Assembly: GCA_035274925.1 (NCBI GenBank)
Contig: DATENS010000253.1
Span: 3,266 to 67,265, forward strand
Direction: 5' to 3'
Source of the DNA: Pyrinomonadaceae bacterium
GTDB lineage: Bacteria; Acidobacteriota; Blastocatellia; Pyrinomonadales; Pyrinomonadaceae
DNA: 64,000 nt
Part shown: positions 34,069-42,792 of the stretch, piece by piece
Numbering within the stretch: position 1 is the stretch's first letter
How the letters are laid out: each line of letters opens with the position of its first letter
Program-made: the position numbers and the translations under genes
The notes under the pieces: generated by a model
Told to the model about the DNA's origin: nothing
The model's input: the letters and a program-made list of their open reading frames with translations, nothing else
The model's database searches: none

Positions 34069-34856
34069 GGCGAGATCCTTTGATTCAGTGCGGCGACGTC
34101 GTCTGCCTGCCATGCGCGATTGTTGAAAACATAGATGCGCCGCGAATGATCAAACTTCAAATCGAGTGGCTCGTCCAACGCGATGCCGTAGCTCTTGCGG
34201 CAAAGTGGCTCGCCAAAATCTTCTCCGGACGCCAGCCGGCTCTTGATCGCGCGATCATCGGCGCCCATGCGAAAAATCATGGGGACGGCTTCGTCGACGG
34301 GAAGATCGTGGAGCCAGCGATCTCCGACGCAGAAGGAAGCCAACGCCGTTATCGAGAGTGGGACATGGTCCGGAAGTTTTGCGCGCAGTTCCTGCAACAG
34401 CGCGCGATAAAACTCTCGTTCAGAGGATGCTGCGTCAAAATCAATCTGAATCGCGGTCACGCGATTCAGCTCGAGCGTCTTCAGGATCAGTCTTACCAGC
34501 CGCTCTCGTTGCGCAGCAGAGAGGGCGGCTCGCTGGCGCGTTGTCTTTTGCGATTCAATTCGCGTCACCGCCATCATCTTCGTGGTTGGGGAAACTCGGA
34601 GCGGTTGATGACGCGGACTGTAGCCGACGTCTTCGTCCTTTAACGTCAATGTCTGGGCCAGGAAAGCCACGGCAAATCTCTGCGAATCGAGAAACTCCAG
34701 GTCCTCAGGACGCTCCCACGCCCACAAGACCACGGGCGGGAATTGCGTTTCATTCAAACGGTTGCGAGCCGGCAGTTTTGATTTACAGCTCGCCAGAATC
34801 ATCAGTGACAGCGCCAACCAAATTCCGACGGAATTCCTTCTCAGCATCGGAGGCAT
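34065..34856 (-). CDS. putative lipoprotein (DUF3142-like, recalled from memory and unverified)
   Basis: Lipobox in SVGIWLALSLMILASC. 263 aa. Translationally coupled to the 911-aa gene. Confidence 0.55.
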   Translation of the reverse strand: MPPMLRRNSVGIWLALSLMILASCKSKLPARNRLNETQFPPVVLWAWERPEDLEFLDSQRFAVAFLAQTLTLKDEDVGYSPRHQPLRVSPTTKMMAVTRIESQKTTRQRAALSAAQRERLVRLILKTLELNRVTAIQIDFDAASSEREFYRALLQELRAKLPDHVPLSITALASFCVGDRWLHDLPVDEAVPMIFRMGADDRAIKSRLASGEDFGEPLCRKSYGIALDEPLDLKFDHSRRIYVFNNRAWQADDVAALNQRISP

Positions 34857-34944
34857 GGTAACGATACTCAGGATTGTGCGCCAGAATTTTACGCGCCGTG
34901 AGCGTGGGACCCTCAGTTACTTACCGGGAAATCCACATGGGAAG

Positions 34945-35847
34945 TTAGTTGGCCGGTGCGGCTTGTTCGCGTGCGTGGTAAGACGAGCGGGTGAGGGGAC
35001 TGGACTGGACGTGCTGGAATCCCATGGTCATGCCGATATCTCGCCAGCGATCGAACTCTGCGGGCGTGACATAGCGCTCGACCGGCAGGCGCCGCGCGTG
35101 TGGCTGCAGGTACTGGCCGATGGTCATGATGTCGCAGGAAGAGGCGCGCAGATCTTTCATCAACTCGACCACTTCATCGAATGTTTCACCCAGGCCTACC
35201 ATGATGCCGCTCTTGGTCAGCATGCCGCGCCGCTCACGATCGCGACGCTCTGCCGCGCGTTTCAGTAATGTCAGCGACTGCTGGTAATCAGCATCGGGCC
35301 GGACCCGTCGATACAATCGTGCGATGGTTTCGGTGTTGTGATTAAGCACGTCCGGTGCGGCATCGAGCACGGTCTGCAAAGCCGCTTCGTCGCCATTGAA
35401 GTCGGGAATCAACACTTCAACTTTACAATCCGGGTTGAGGGCGCGCACCTGGCGAATAGTCTCAGCCCAATGCGCGGCGCCGCCGTCAGGCAGGTCGTCG
35501 CGATTGACTGACGTAATTACCGCGTGCGCCAAATTCAGATGACGCACCGCCTCGCCCACATGACGCGGCTCATCCGCATCGAGCGAGCCGGGAGCGCCTT
35601 TGCCCACGGCACAGAACCCGCAGTGGCGCGTGCAGATGTCTCCGCCGAGCATGAACGTCGCGGTGCGATCTGACCAGCATTCGAAAATGTTTGGACACCG
35701 CGCTTCCTGGCAAACCGTGTGCAGATTCAAACCCTGAATCAGCTTCAACAGATGGTTCTGATTGGTCGGATCGCCGAGACGGATCCGCAGCCAGTCAGGC
35801 TTGGGCTGGCGGGGTTTGGTATTAAGGACTCGAAGCTCGCGGGCCAA
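34945..35847 (-). CDS. lipA: lipoyl synthase
   Basis: CQEARCPN..EC and CTR.C.FC radical-SAM and auxiliary cluster motifs. 300 aa. Confidence 0.9.
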   Translation of the reverse strand: MARELRVLNTKPRQPKPDWLRIRLGDPTNQNHLLKLIQGLNLHTVCQEARCPNIFECWSDRTATFMLGGDICTRHCGFCAVGKGAPGSLDADEPRHVGEAVRHLNLAHAVITSVNRDDLPDGGAAHWAETIRQVRALNPDCKVEVLIPDFNGDEAALQTVLDAAPDVLNHNTETIARLYRRVRPDADYQQSLTLLKRAAERRDRERRGMLTKSGIMVGLGETFDEVVELMKDLRASSCDIMTIGQYLQPHARRLPVERYVTPAEFDRWRDIGMTMGFQHVQSSPLTRSSYHAREQAAPAN

Positions 35848-36002
35848 TCGTTTTTACCTCTCGAGATTTGCGCAAAACATTCTAGCACCCGCGTCTCGAA
35901 TTCAGCATCCAAGCGGTGCGATTGCGCTATACTGCGCAGAATTTGGGTACCACCGCAGACCTCGAGAGGACGAAATCTGCGGCTGAATGAAATGGAGGAA
36001 AT

Positions 36003-36578
36003 ATGAAACGCATTCTGATTTCAAGCGCTGCGGTTCTGGCTCTCTTTGCCAGTGCGATTTTTGCTTTCGCGGACATCGCGCGGCCGAACCCTTCACCCGC
36101 CGTCGAAGCGAAAACACTTCTTTACAGCGGTTTGGAGATCGTGACCGATCCGAAAGCCTACGAAGCGCGCCTGCAAATTTCGCAGGACGCTTTAAGACGC
36201 ATGCAGCAGGGCGCGGCTGAGTCCGGCGCGACCACATCTTTGGGAACGCGTTTGATGCACAGTTCCACGCGCACCATGATGGCCGGAATGTTCATGTTCC
36301 TGGCCGTTTCGTTTGCGGGCGTGTGGCTGGCCCGTTCCGGACAGCGGCGCAATCAGAAAGCTGTCGTCGGCGTTCTCTTGATTGCTGCTTTCCTGGGTGC
36401 TGCCACCGTAATGGTGCGCGCGAACGCCGGGCCTCCCGGATACATTCGCTGGCAAAACCTGCCACAGCATTTGAAGGACGGCAAGCCGACGTATGGCGGC
36501 GTCAGTGTGGAAGTCGTACCCGGCGACGGAAACATCAAGCTGATCATCCCGCTCAGGACTAAGAACCAGGGCGAGTAG
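36003..36578 (+). CDS. hypothetical membrane protein
   Basis: Signal peptide plus two internal hydrophobic helices. 191 aa. Confidence 0.5.
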   Translation: MKRILISSAAVLALFASAIFAFADIARPNPSPAVEAKTLLYSGLEIVTDPKAYEARLQISQDALRRMQQGAAESGATTSLGTRLMHSSTRTMMAGMFMFLAVSFAGVWLARSGQRRNQKAVVGVLLIAAFLGAATVMVRANAGPPGYIRWQNLPQHLKDGKPTYGGVSVEVVPGDGNIKLIIPLRTKNQGE

Positions 36579-36626
36579 TGTCAGTACCCCCTGCGTTAGC
36601 GGGCGGGGCGAGTATTCCGGTCTCAC

Positions 36627-37664
36627 ATGGAACGAGCTGAAAACATTTCGGTAGCAGGGTGGTCCGCGCCACGCGCGCGCGTGGGCTGGCGTGTGTCTGC
36701 GAAAGTCTTTGCCGCGATTCTGCTCGCGGGCGCGTTCACGTCAGCGGCACTCGCGAGTTGGCTGCCGCTGCAAATGTCGATCGCGACGGTATTCTTGTTT
36801 GCCGGCCCCCACAACTGGTTCGAGGCGCGCTACTTTCTTATGCGTCTGCCCGCGCGCTTTGGCCGTTCGCGAAACTTTTTCGTTGTCGCCTTCGCGGGAA
36901 TTTTCCTGCTCACCCTGGGTTACATTTCTTTTCCCGCGCTGTATTACGCAAACCTTTGGTCAGGGGCGAATTGGCCCACGGCAATCGCGACGTGGAACTC
37001 TGCGCTCTTGTTGTGGATTGCGGCGCTGATCGTGATGCGCGGCCGGCAGACTTCGCGGCGCGATTGGTTTTGGGCCCTGCCGGTAGCCTTTACCCTTTGT
37101 GCCGTTAACTGGCTGGCGCCGGATCTTTTCAGTCTGGCGATCGTCTATGTACATCCGCTGATTGCACTTTGGTTTTTGGACAGGCATCTGCGACGCACAA
37201 AGCCTGAGTGGCTGTCTGTGTATCGGCGGTGCCTTTTAGTCTTGCCGGTCCTGCTGCTCGGCATGCTTTGGCAATTGTCGCGCACGCCTTCGCTCGCCGA
37301 CGACAACGGACTCTTTTGGCGCATTACGCAGCACGCCGGCGCGGAACTCTTGCCGAACGTTTCCAGCCATATGCTGGTCTCGACGCATGTGTTTCTGGAA
37401 ATGCTTCATTACGGAGTCTGGATTGTGGCTCTGCCATTAATCGGAGCGAGTGGCGCGATTTGGAAAGTAAACACCATCCCGCTGGCGCGGCGGACGAGCG
37501 GTTTTCCGAAATTGATCGGCGCTTTCCTCGTGATTGGATTATTTGCGGTGGCTCTTCTATGGGTTGGCTTTTCGGCAAATTACAGCGCGATGCGTGATGT
37601 CTATTTTGCTGTGGCGGTCGCGCATGTGATGGCGGAAGCACCGTTCTTGTTGAGAATGATCTGA
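36627..37664 (+). CDS. polytopic integral membrane protein of unknown function
   Basis: 345 aa with about 9-10 hydrophobic segments. Confidence 0.6.
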   Translation: MERAENISVAGWSAPRARVGWRVSAKVFAAILLAGAFTSAALASWLPLQMSIATVFLFAGPHNWFEARYFLMRLPARFGRSRNFFVVAFAGIFLLTLGYISFPALYYANLWSGANWPTAIATWNSALLLWIAALIVMRGRQTSRRDWFWALPVAFTLCAVNWLAPDLFSLAIVYVHPLIALWFLDRHLRRTKPEWLSVYRRCLLVLPVLLLGMLWQLSRTPSLADDNGLFWRITQHAGAELLPNVSSHMLVSTHVFLEMLHYGVWIVALPLIGASGAIWKVNTIPLARRTSGFPKLIGAFLVIGLFAVALLWVGFSANYSAMRDVYFAVAVAHVMAEAPFLLRMI

Positions 37665-37756
37665 AATCGCAGAAGTCAGAAAGCAGAAAGCAGAAAGCAG
37701 GAACGTCTCGCTTACTGCCTCCTGCCTGCTGCCTACTGCCCACTGCCTACTGCTTC
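37665..37756. repeat. purine-rich/pyrimidine-rich mirrored repeat (GCAGAAA x3 ... CTGCCTACTGCC x2)
   Basis: AGCAGAAAGCAGAAAGCAGG...CTGCCTCCTGCCTGCTGCCTACTGCCCACTGCCTACTGC. Same word family as 50918-50966. Confidence 0.75.
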
Positions 37757-38152
37757 ATGTCTCCTTCCGATCTTTGGCGATTTCTTCCCCTCGGCTATCT
37801 CCTCACTATCCTTATCGAAACTCCGATTCTAGTTGTCGGACTTTCGAAAGGACATCCCGTCAAACGCAAGTTGCTCGCGGGCGTGTGGCTCACCGCCTGC
37901 ACCTATCCGATCGTGGTCCTGGTTCTGCCGCTGGTTTTCGCAACCTCATCGCGCGCGATTTACCTGACTGTGGCCGAGACATTCGCGCCGGTGGCTGAAT
38001 GCATTCTTTTCTGGCTGGCTTATGGCACTAAAGAGGAAGTGGGTAAGCGATCGATGTGGCGAGACTTCTCCGCCATCATCGTCGCCAATCTCGCCTCGTT
38101 CCTGGCAGGTGAAGTCCTTAATGCTTACGGCTGGTTCGGATTGCTCGGCTGA
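37757..38152 (+). CDS. small integral membrane protein
   Basis: 131 aa with 4 hydrophobic segments. Confidence 0.5.
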   Translation: MSPSDLWRFLPLGYLLTILIETPILVVGLSKGHPVKRKLLAGVWLTACTYPIVVLVLPLVFATSSRAIYLTVAETFAPVAECILFWLAYGTKEEVGKRSMWRDFSAIIVANLASFLAGEVLNAYGWFGLLG

Positions 38153-38349
38153 AGTTGAGCCTGGGCTGGTGAGCCCTCGCTGACGTTGGGGCTTTTGCGT
38201 TTAAGCCATTTCAGAAGGAACACGAATCCGAAAACTCCGGCGCTGACGAGCATCAACACCACCAACACAAGCAGGATTAGGCCACCCACACCGATTACCG
38301 GCGTGACCGGATCGGGAGCGACATCAAGCAGCAGCAAACTAATCTTCAT
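38125..38349 (-). CDS. possible small membrane protein
   Basis: 74 aa with one long hydrophobic helix. Overlaps both neighbours, so weakly supported. Confidence 0.3.
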   Translation of the reverse strand: MKISLLLLDVAPDPVTPVIGVGGLILLVLVVLMLVSAGVFGFVFLLKWLKRKSPNVSEGSPAQAQLQPSNPNQP

Positions 38350-39307
38350 TCTTGTCGTCTTTCAACCACCGCGATAGCAGATCGGCATCCACGTTTCCAC
38401 CTGACAATACGACGCCCGCGCGCCGGCAATTTTGCGGAAGTTTTCCCGCAAGGACTGCCGCCGCTGCGGCCGCGCCTGACGGTTCAACCAGCAGCTTCAT
38501 GCGAAACAGCATGAACTTCATGGCGGCGACTATCTCGTCGTCGGTCACGGTCAGGATCGCCTCAGCGTTCTTCCGGGTGATTGGAAAAGTCAGGGCCCCC
38601 GGAGTTTGCACCCGCAGGCCGTCGGCAATCGTCGGCGGAGGACCGATCGAAACACGCTCGCCTTTCTGAAAAGACTGCTGCGTGTCGTTGGCAGTGTCTG
38701 GTTCGACAGCAAAGCAACGAATGGAAGGCTTGATTGATTTGGCGGCCATACTTACTCCGGCAAACAATCCACCGCCACTGCAAGGCGTAAGGATGCAATC
38801 AAGATCCGGAACCTCTTCAAGAAACTCGAGCCCGCAAGTGCCCTGGCCGGCCATGATGAAATAGTCATCGTATGCCGGCACTGCAGTAAGGCCTTCGCGT
38901 TCGGCGATGTCGCGTCCAAACTTGTCGCGGTCGTCTTTGTGCCGATCAAATACGCGAATGTCCGCGCCGTATGCGCGGGCGGCGGCGATCTTCATTTTCG
39001 GCGCGTCGTCGGGAACGCAAACGACCGCGCGAATGCCGGCTTCACGCGCGGCGAGCGCCACGGCTTGCGCGTGATTGCCGGACGAAACCGCGATCACGCC
39101 GCGCTGTTTCTCGTCATCGCTGAGTGAAAGAATCTTGTTCGCCGCACCGCGGGCTTTGAAAGCGCCGATGCGTTGCAGGTTTTCGCATTTGAAGAAAACT
39201 TCGCGGCCGGCTGCCTCGTTGAATGACCGGGAAGTCACTACCGGCGTGCGATGGACGCGGTCGGCGATGCGCGAAGCGGCCTCCTTGATGAGTTCAATGG
39301 TCAGCAT
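38339..39307 (-). CDS. PLP-dependent threonine/serine dehydratase family enzyme
   Basis: RTPV......N......V.FKCENLQRIGAFKARGA (PLP lysine motif) and SSGNHAQAVA. Start taken at MLTIELIKEAA. Confidence 0.8.
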   Translation of the reverse strand: MLTIELIKEAASRIADRVHRTPVVTSRSFNEAAGREVFFKCENLQRIGAFKARGAANKILSLSDDEKQRGVIAVSSGNHAQAVALAAREAGIRAVVCVPDDAPKMKIAAARAYGADIRVFDRHKDDRDKFGRDIAEREGLTAVPAYDDYFIMAGQGTCGLEFLEEVPDLDCILTPCSGGGLFAGVSMAAKSIKPSIRCFAVEPDTANDTQQSFQKGERVSIGPPPTIADGLRVQTPGALTFPITRKNAEAILTVTDDEIVAAMKFMLFRMKLLVEPSGAAAAAAVLAGKLPQNCRRAGVVLSGGNVDADLLSRWLKDDKNED

Positions 39308-39514
39308 TTGTGTCGGAACTTGTCCTGGCGGCGAGCAAGGCAAAGTCTCTATTCACTCAAGTTAACTGCCTGTCACGACTGTGCTCGAAAAAAACTGTTG
39401 TCAGGCAAATCGGCGAGATTATAGTATCTGGTTTAGGGGACGACCAAAGTCCTCGTCCTGCATCGCAAGGTCCTCTTGCCCGAATCTCACTAGCCTGACA
39501 CAGACCAAACCAAT

Positions 39515-40141
39515 ATGAAGAGCACTAAATGTTCCCAATGCGGACTTGTCTACTGGAGCACGGCGCCGAATTGTAAGCGCTGTGGTTTGGCCACTCCCGA
39601 TTTTGCAAGCGACGGTCCCGCGCCGGAACCTCAGCACGAAAGCACCGCAGCCCCGCAGCCCACCAATTCTTACTATGCGCCACCTCCGCAGCCGGCGCCG
39701 CACATTTCACCCGATAAAGAACTCTTGCATTACCTTAAGATTGATACGCGCATCTTCTACGTGATTGGCGCATTGCAGGGGCTGCTGTGGTTCATCGTTG
39801 GCGATTTGCTGATCGTCGATGCCGCGCTCAATATCGGCCTGGCGTTCGCTGCTCATAAATTCAGAAGCCGCGTGGCCGCAATCCTGCTGATGCTGCTCAC
39901 TATGCTGAGCGTGATGATGGTGATTCTGTCGTTCTTCGAAGGCGGAAAGGTGTTCAGCCCGATCGCACCGGTGATCCTGATACTACGTTTGTTTGCCAGC
40001 GGCCGCATCGTCTATTCAACGTTCACGCTCGAGAAGTATGGGGTCGTCGAGACGTTTGTACCGCCACCGCCTCCACCCACGTTTCATCCGGACGGCTCGC
40101 CGCAATGGAGCCCGGCTACACCGGCGAACCAGTGGCAGTAA
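39515..40141 (+). CDS. zinc-ribbon / Pro-rich / multi-TM hypothetical protein
   Basis: N-terminal C.QCG...........C.RCG, then a Pro-rich linker and 3-4 TM helices. Confidence 0.55.
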   Translation: MKSTKCSQCGLVYWSTAPNCKRCGLATPDFASDGPAPEPQHESTAAPQPTNSYYAPPPQPAPHISPDKELLHYLKIDTRIFYVIGALQGLLWFIVGDLLIVDAALNIGLAFAAHKFRSRVAAILLMLLTMLSVMMVILSFFEGGKVFSPIAPVILILRLFASGRIVYSTFTLEKYGVVETFVPPPPPPTFHPDGSPQWSPATPANQWQ

Positions 40142-40148
40142 GCGTTGT

Positions 40149-40832
40149 CTAGATCGAGACTGCGCTTCCCGCAAGATTCATTTCAAAAACTTCAGCGAAT
40201 CGATCGGCGATGCGGTCCTCAACTTCACTCATCGCTACTTCGCGGCCCAGAATTTCTTTCATCGAAGTCACCGGCTCGCCTTCACAGGCGATAATCAGAT
40301 TGAAGTAGCTGAGGTCGGTGTTCACATTCAAGGCAAAGCCGTGCGTAGTGACCCAACGCGCGATATGTACGCCAATAGCGGCGACCTTGCCACGTGGCGT
40401 GTGCACGCCGGTCAGTCCCTTGATCCGGAAAGCTTCGATCTCAAAGTCGCGCATCGCGCGAATCAATACCTCTTCCAGTTCGCGAACATAGCGGTGCACG
40501 TCCTCGCGATCGGGACTCAACTTGATAATCGGATAGCCGACGATTTGCCCGAGTCCGTGATAGGTGACCTTGCCGCCGCGATTAGTCTCAAAGACCGTCA
40601 CGCCGCGAGCGCGCAGCACTTGCTCAGGCGCAATGATGCCGCCGTCAGTCGCGCGCCGGCCCAGAGTCAACGTGTGCGGATGTTCCAGTAGCAACAGCGT
40701 GTCCGGTTGTTCGCCGCTGAGAACGGCGCGCTCAGTTTGCTTCTGAATATCGAGCGCCGCGCGGTATTCGACCCGCGCCAGACGCTCAACCTTCAGGGTT
40801 CTTGTTTTCACTTCCGACGTCGCTGTTGGCAT
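40149..40832 (-). CDS. lipB: lipoyl(octanoyl) transferase
   Basis: LLLLEHPHTLTLGRR, RGGKVTYHGLGQIVGYPI, KVAAIGV....WVT.HGFALNV. Confidence 0.85.
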   Translation of the reverse strand: MPTATSEVKTRTLKVERLARVEYRAALDIQKQTERAVLSGEQPDTLLLLEHPHTLTLGRRATDGGIIAPEQVLRARGVTVFETNRGGKVTYHGLGQIVGYPIIKLSPDREDVHRYVRELEEVLIRAMRDFEIEAFRIKGLTGVHTPRGKVAAIGVHIARWVTTHGFALNVNTDLSYFNLIIACEGEPVTSMKEILGREVAMSEVEDRIADRFAEVFEMNLAGSAVSI

Positions 40833-41009
40833 TTGCACTACCAACTTTAGTTGGGCCGGCCCCGGCGCGCAACCGGACCAATATGTAGCACGGGCGTCCC
40901 GCTCGTGGATCACTCGCAAGATAGCGGGCCACCCGACTTGACTCGCGTCAACGGATTGCCTCAGGCTTGTTCATTCCCCGGATTTTCGAAACGGTTGAAG
41001 GAGCTAAAA

Positions 41010-41537
41010 ATGAGAAAGTTAGGGATAGTTCTCTGTGTGCTGTTATTGGCAACGGCTGCCGTGGCGCAGTCACGCACTCGTAGAACAACGGGGCGGAGCA
41101 CATCTACGAAGTCTCAGGCGGCGGCGGCGGAAACGGCCGCAAACCAGGCGCGCACTGAGGCCGCCACCAAAGTAGCCGACCAGGTGAAAATTCTGACCAA
41201 GTTTCTTTACGTGCTCGGCGGCGTTGCCAAGGGCATCGAACAGGTTGACGAAGCTGCGCGCAAGAACGAGGCATCACCGGCAGCGCTCCAGCAGAACGAG
41301 CAAAACAAAGCGACCGTAAAAACCAGCCTGCGAAATGTACGCGAAGGTTTGGACGCTCTCGAGATTCATTTTCGCAGCACGCCAGGTTTGCAGAGTTATT
41401 ACCTGAAACTCGCGGGTTCGGCTTCGGGCGCGGCCGCAGCTGAGGATCTGGCGAATGCCGGTCGTTTTGACCAGTCGGGGCGAAGTTTGCTAAACGTCGT
41501 AAACCGATTAACTGACGTACTCTTGATCATGCGCTAG
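41010..41537 (+). CDS. secreted hypothetical protein
   Basis: GAAGGAG RBS. Signal peptide MRKLGIVLCVLLLATAAVAQS. Confidence 0.55.
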   Translation: MRKLGIVLCVLLLATAAVAQSRTRRTTGRSTSTKSQAAAAETAANQARTEAATKVADQVKILTKFLYVLGGVAKGIEQVDEAARKNEASPAALQQNEQNKATVKTSLRNVREGLDALEIHFRSTPGLQSYYLKLAGSASGAAAAEDLANAGRFDQSGRSLLNVVNRLTDVLLIMR

Positions 41538-41589
41538 TCGGCTCTGGGCACTAGCCCGACCGTCAGGGAGGGCTCACAGCCGCTCATCT

Positions 41590-42708
41590 ATGAAAAACTT
41601 GAAGCACGCCGCAACACTACTCTTCTTTTTTTGCTTATTGATGCTGAGCAGCAATCTCGCTTTCGCTCAGCCGTCAAAAACGACGGGCCCTTCACTCACT
41701 CAAGCCGAAGGATCGCACTTCGCCCGCCTCGCGTTGAAGTGTGTGCGCAAGGAATTTCCAAACAAGCTCGATCACGTGAACAACGATGCGGACGATGTAC
41801 GTAGTCCGCGCACGATGCACCCCGCGTTTTATGGTTGCTTCGACTGGCATTCGACTGTGCATGGTCACTGGATGCTGGTGCATTTGCTCAAACTGTTTCC
41901 GGGCATGCCTGAGTCGCGCGACATTCGCAGCGCGCTTGATGCAAACCTGAGTGCGAAAAATATTGCCGGCGAAGTTGCCTATCTCAAGCAAGCGAACCGG
42001 GCTTCATTCGAGCGCACTTATGGGTGGGCGTGGCTGTTAAAGCTGGCCGAGGAGTTGCACGGCTGGCAGGACGAGGACGGCTCGCGCTGGGCGAGAAATT
42101 TGCAACCACTCGCCGACGCGTTCGTGGAAAAGTATCTCGCTTTCATGCCCAAACAGAATTATCCGATTCGCACGGGTGTGCACCCGAATACGGCATTCGG
42201 TCTGGCGTTCGCGCTCGATTACGCGCGTGTTGCCGGCGACCGGAAACTTGAGTCGCTGATCATCGAACGCAGCCGCGCATACTTTGCTCGCGACGTGAAT
42301 TATCCGGCCGCGTGGGAGCCCGGCGGCGAAGATTTCTTTTCACCGGCACTGATGGAAGCCGATCTGATGAGACGCGTGATGAACCGGGCTGAGTTCACGC
42401 GCTGGTTTCACCGTTTTCTGCCAGGCATCTCGCGTAATCAACCGCGGGCCTTGCTTGATCCGGCGATTGTTACCGACCGCGCCGATCCAAAATTGGTGCA
42501 CCTCGACGGGCTCAATCTGAGCCGCGCCTGGTGCATGCGCAGCATCGCGAACGCGCTGCCGGCAAACGATCCGGCGAGACGAGTTCTCGCGCGATCGGCC
42601 GAAGGGCATGCGCGCGCCGCCTTGAAGTTTGTCGGAAGCGGAAACTACGAAGGCGATCACTGGCTGGCGTCTTTCGCGGTCTACGTGCTCACCACGCCGG
42701 CGCCATAA
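41590..42708 (+). CDS. DUF2891-family protein (family recalled from memory)
   Basis: Signal peptide. HPAFYGCFDWHSTVHGHWML motif. Confidence 0.65.
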   Translation: MKNLKHAATLLFFFCLLMLSSNLAFAQPSKTTGPSLTQAEGSHFARLALKCVRKEFPNKLDHVNNDADDVRSPRTMHPAFYGCFDWHSTVHGHWMLVHLLKLFPGMPESRDIRSALDANLSAKNIAGEVAYLKQANRASFERTYGWAWLLKLAEELHGWQDEDGSRWARNLQPLADAFVEKYLAFMPKQNYPIRTGVHPNTAFGLAFALDYARVAGDRKLESLIIERSRAYFARDVNYPAAWEPGGEDFFSPALMEADLMRRVMNRAEFTRWFHRFLPGISRNQPRALLDPAIVTDRADPKLVHLDGLNLSRAWCMRSIANALPANDPARRVLARSAEGHARAALKFVGSGNYEGDHWLASFAVYVLTTPAP

Positions 42709-42792
42709 ATGCCACAGGTCCTGCCAATTCCAAGGAATCCGCGACCAGGGTTTATACTTACGGCATTCATAAACTAATTATTCGGAGTACTA

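Noticed and set aside
39993-40691. 232-aa plus-strand ORF
   Set aside because: It overlaps the end of 39515..40141 in another frame and is antisense to lipB, whose motifs are clear.
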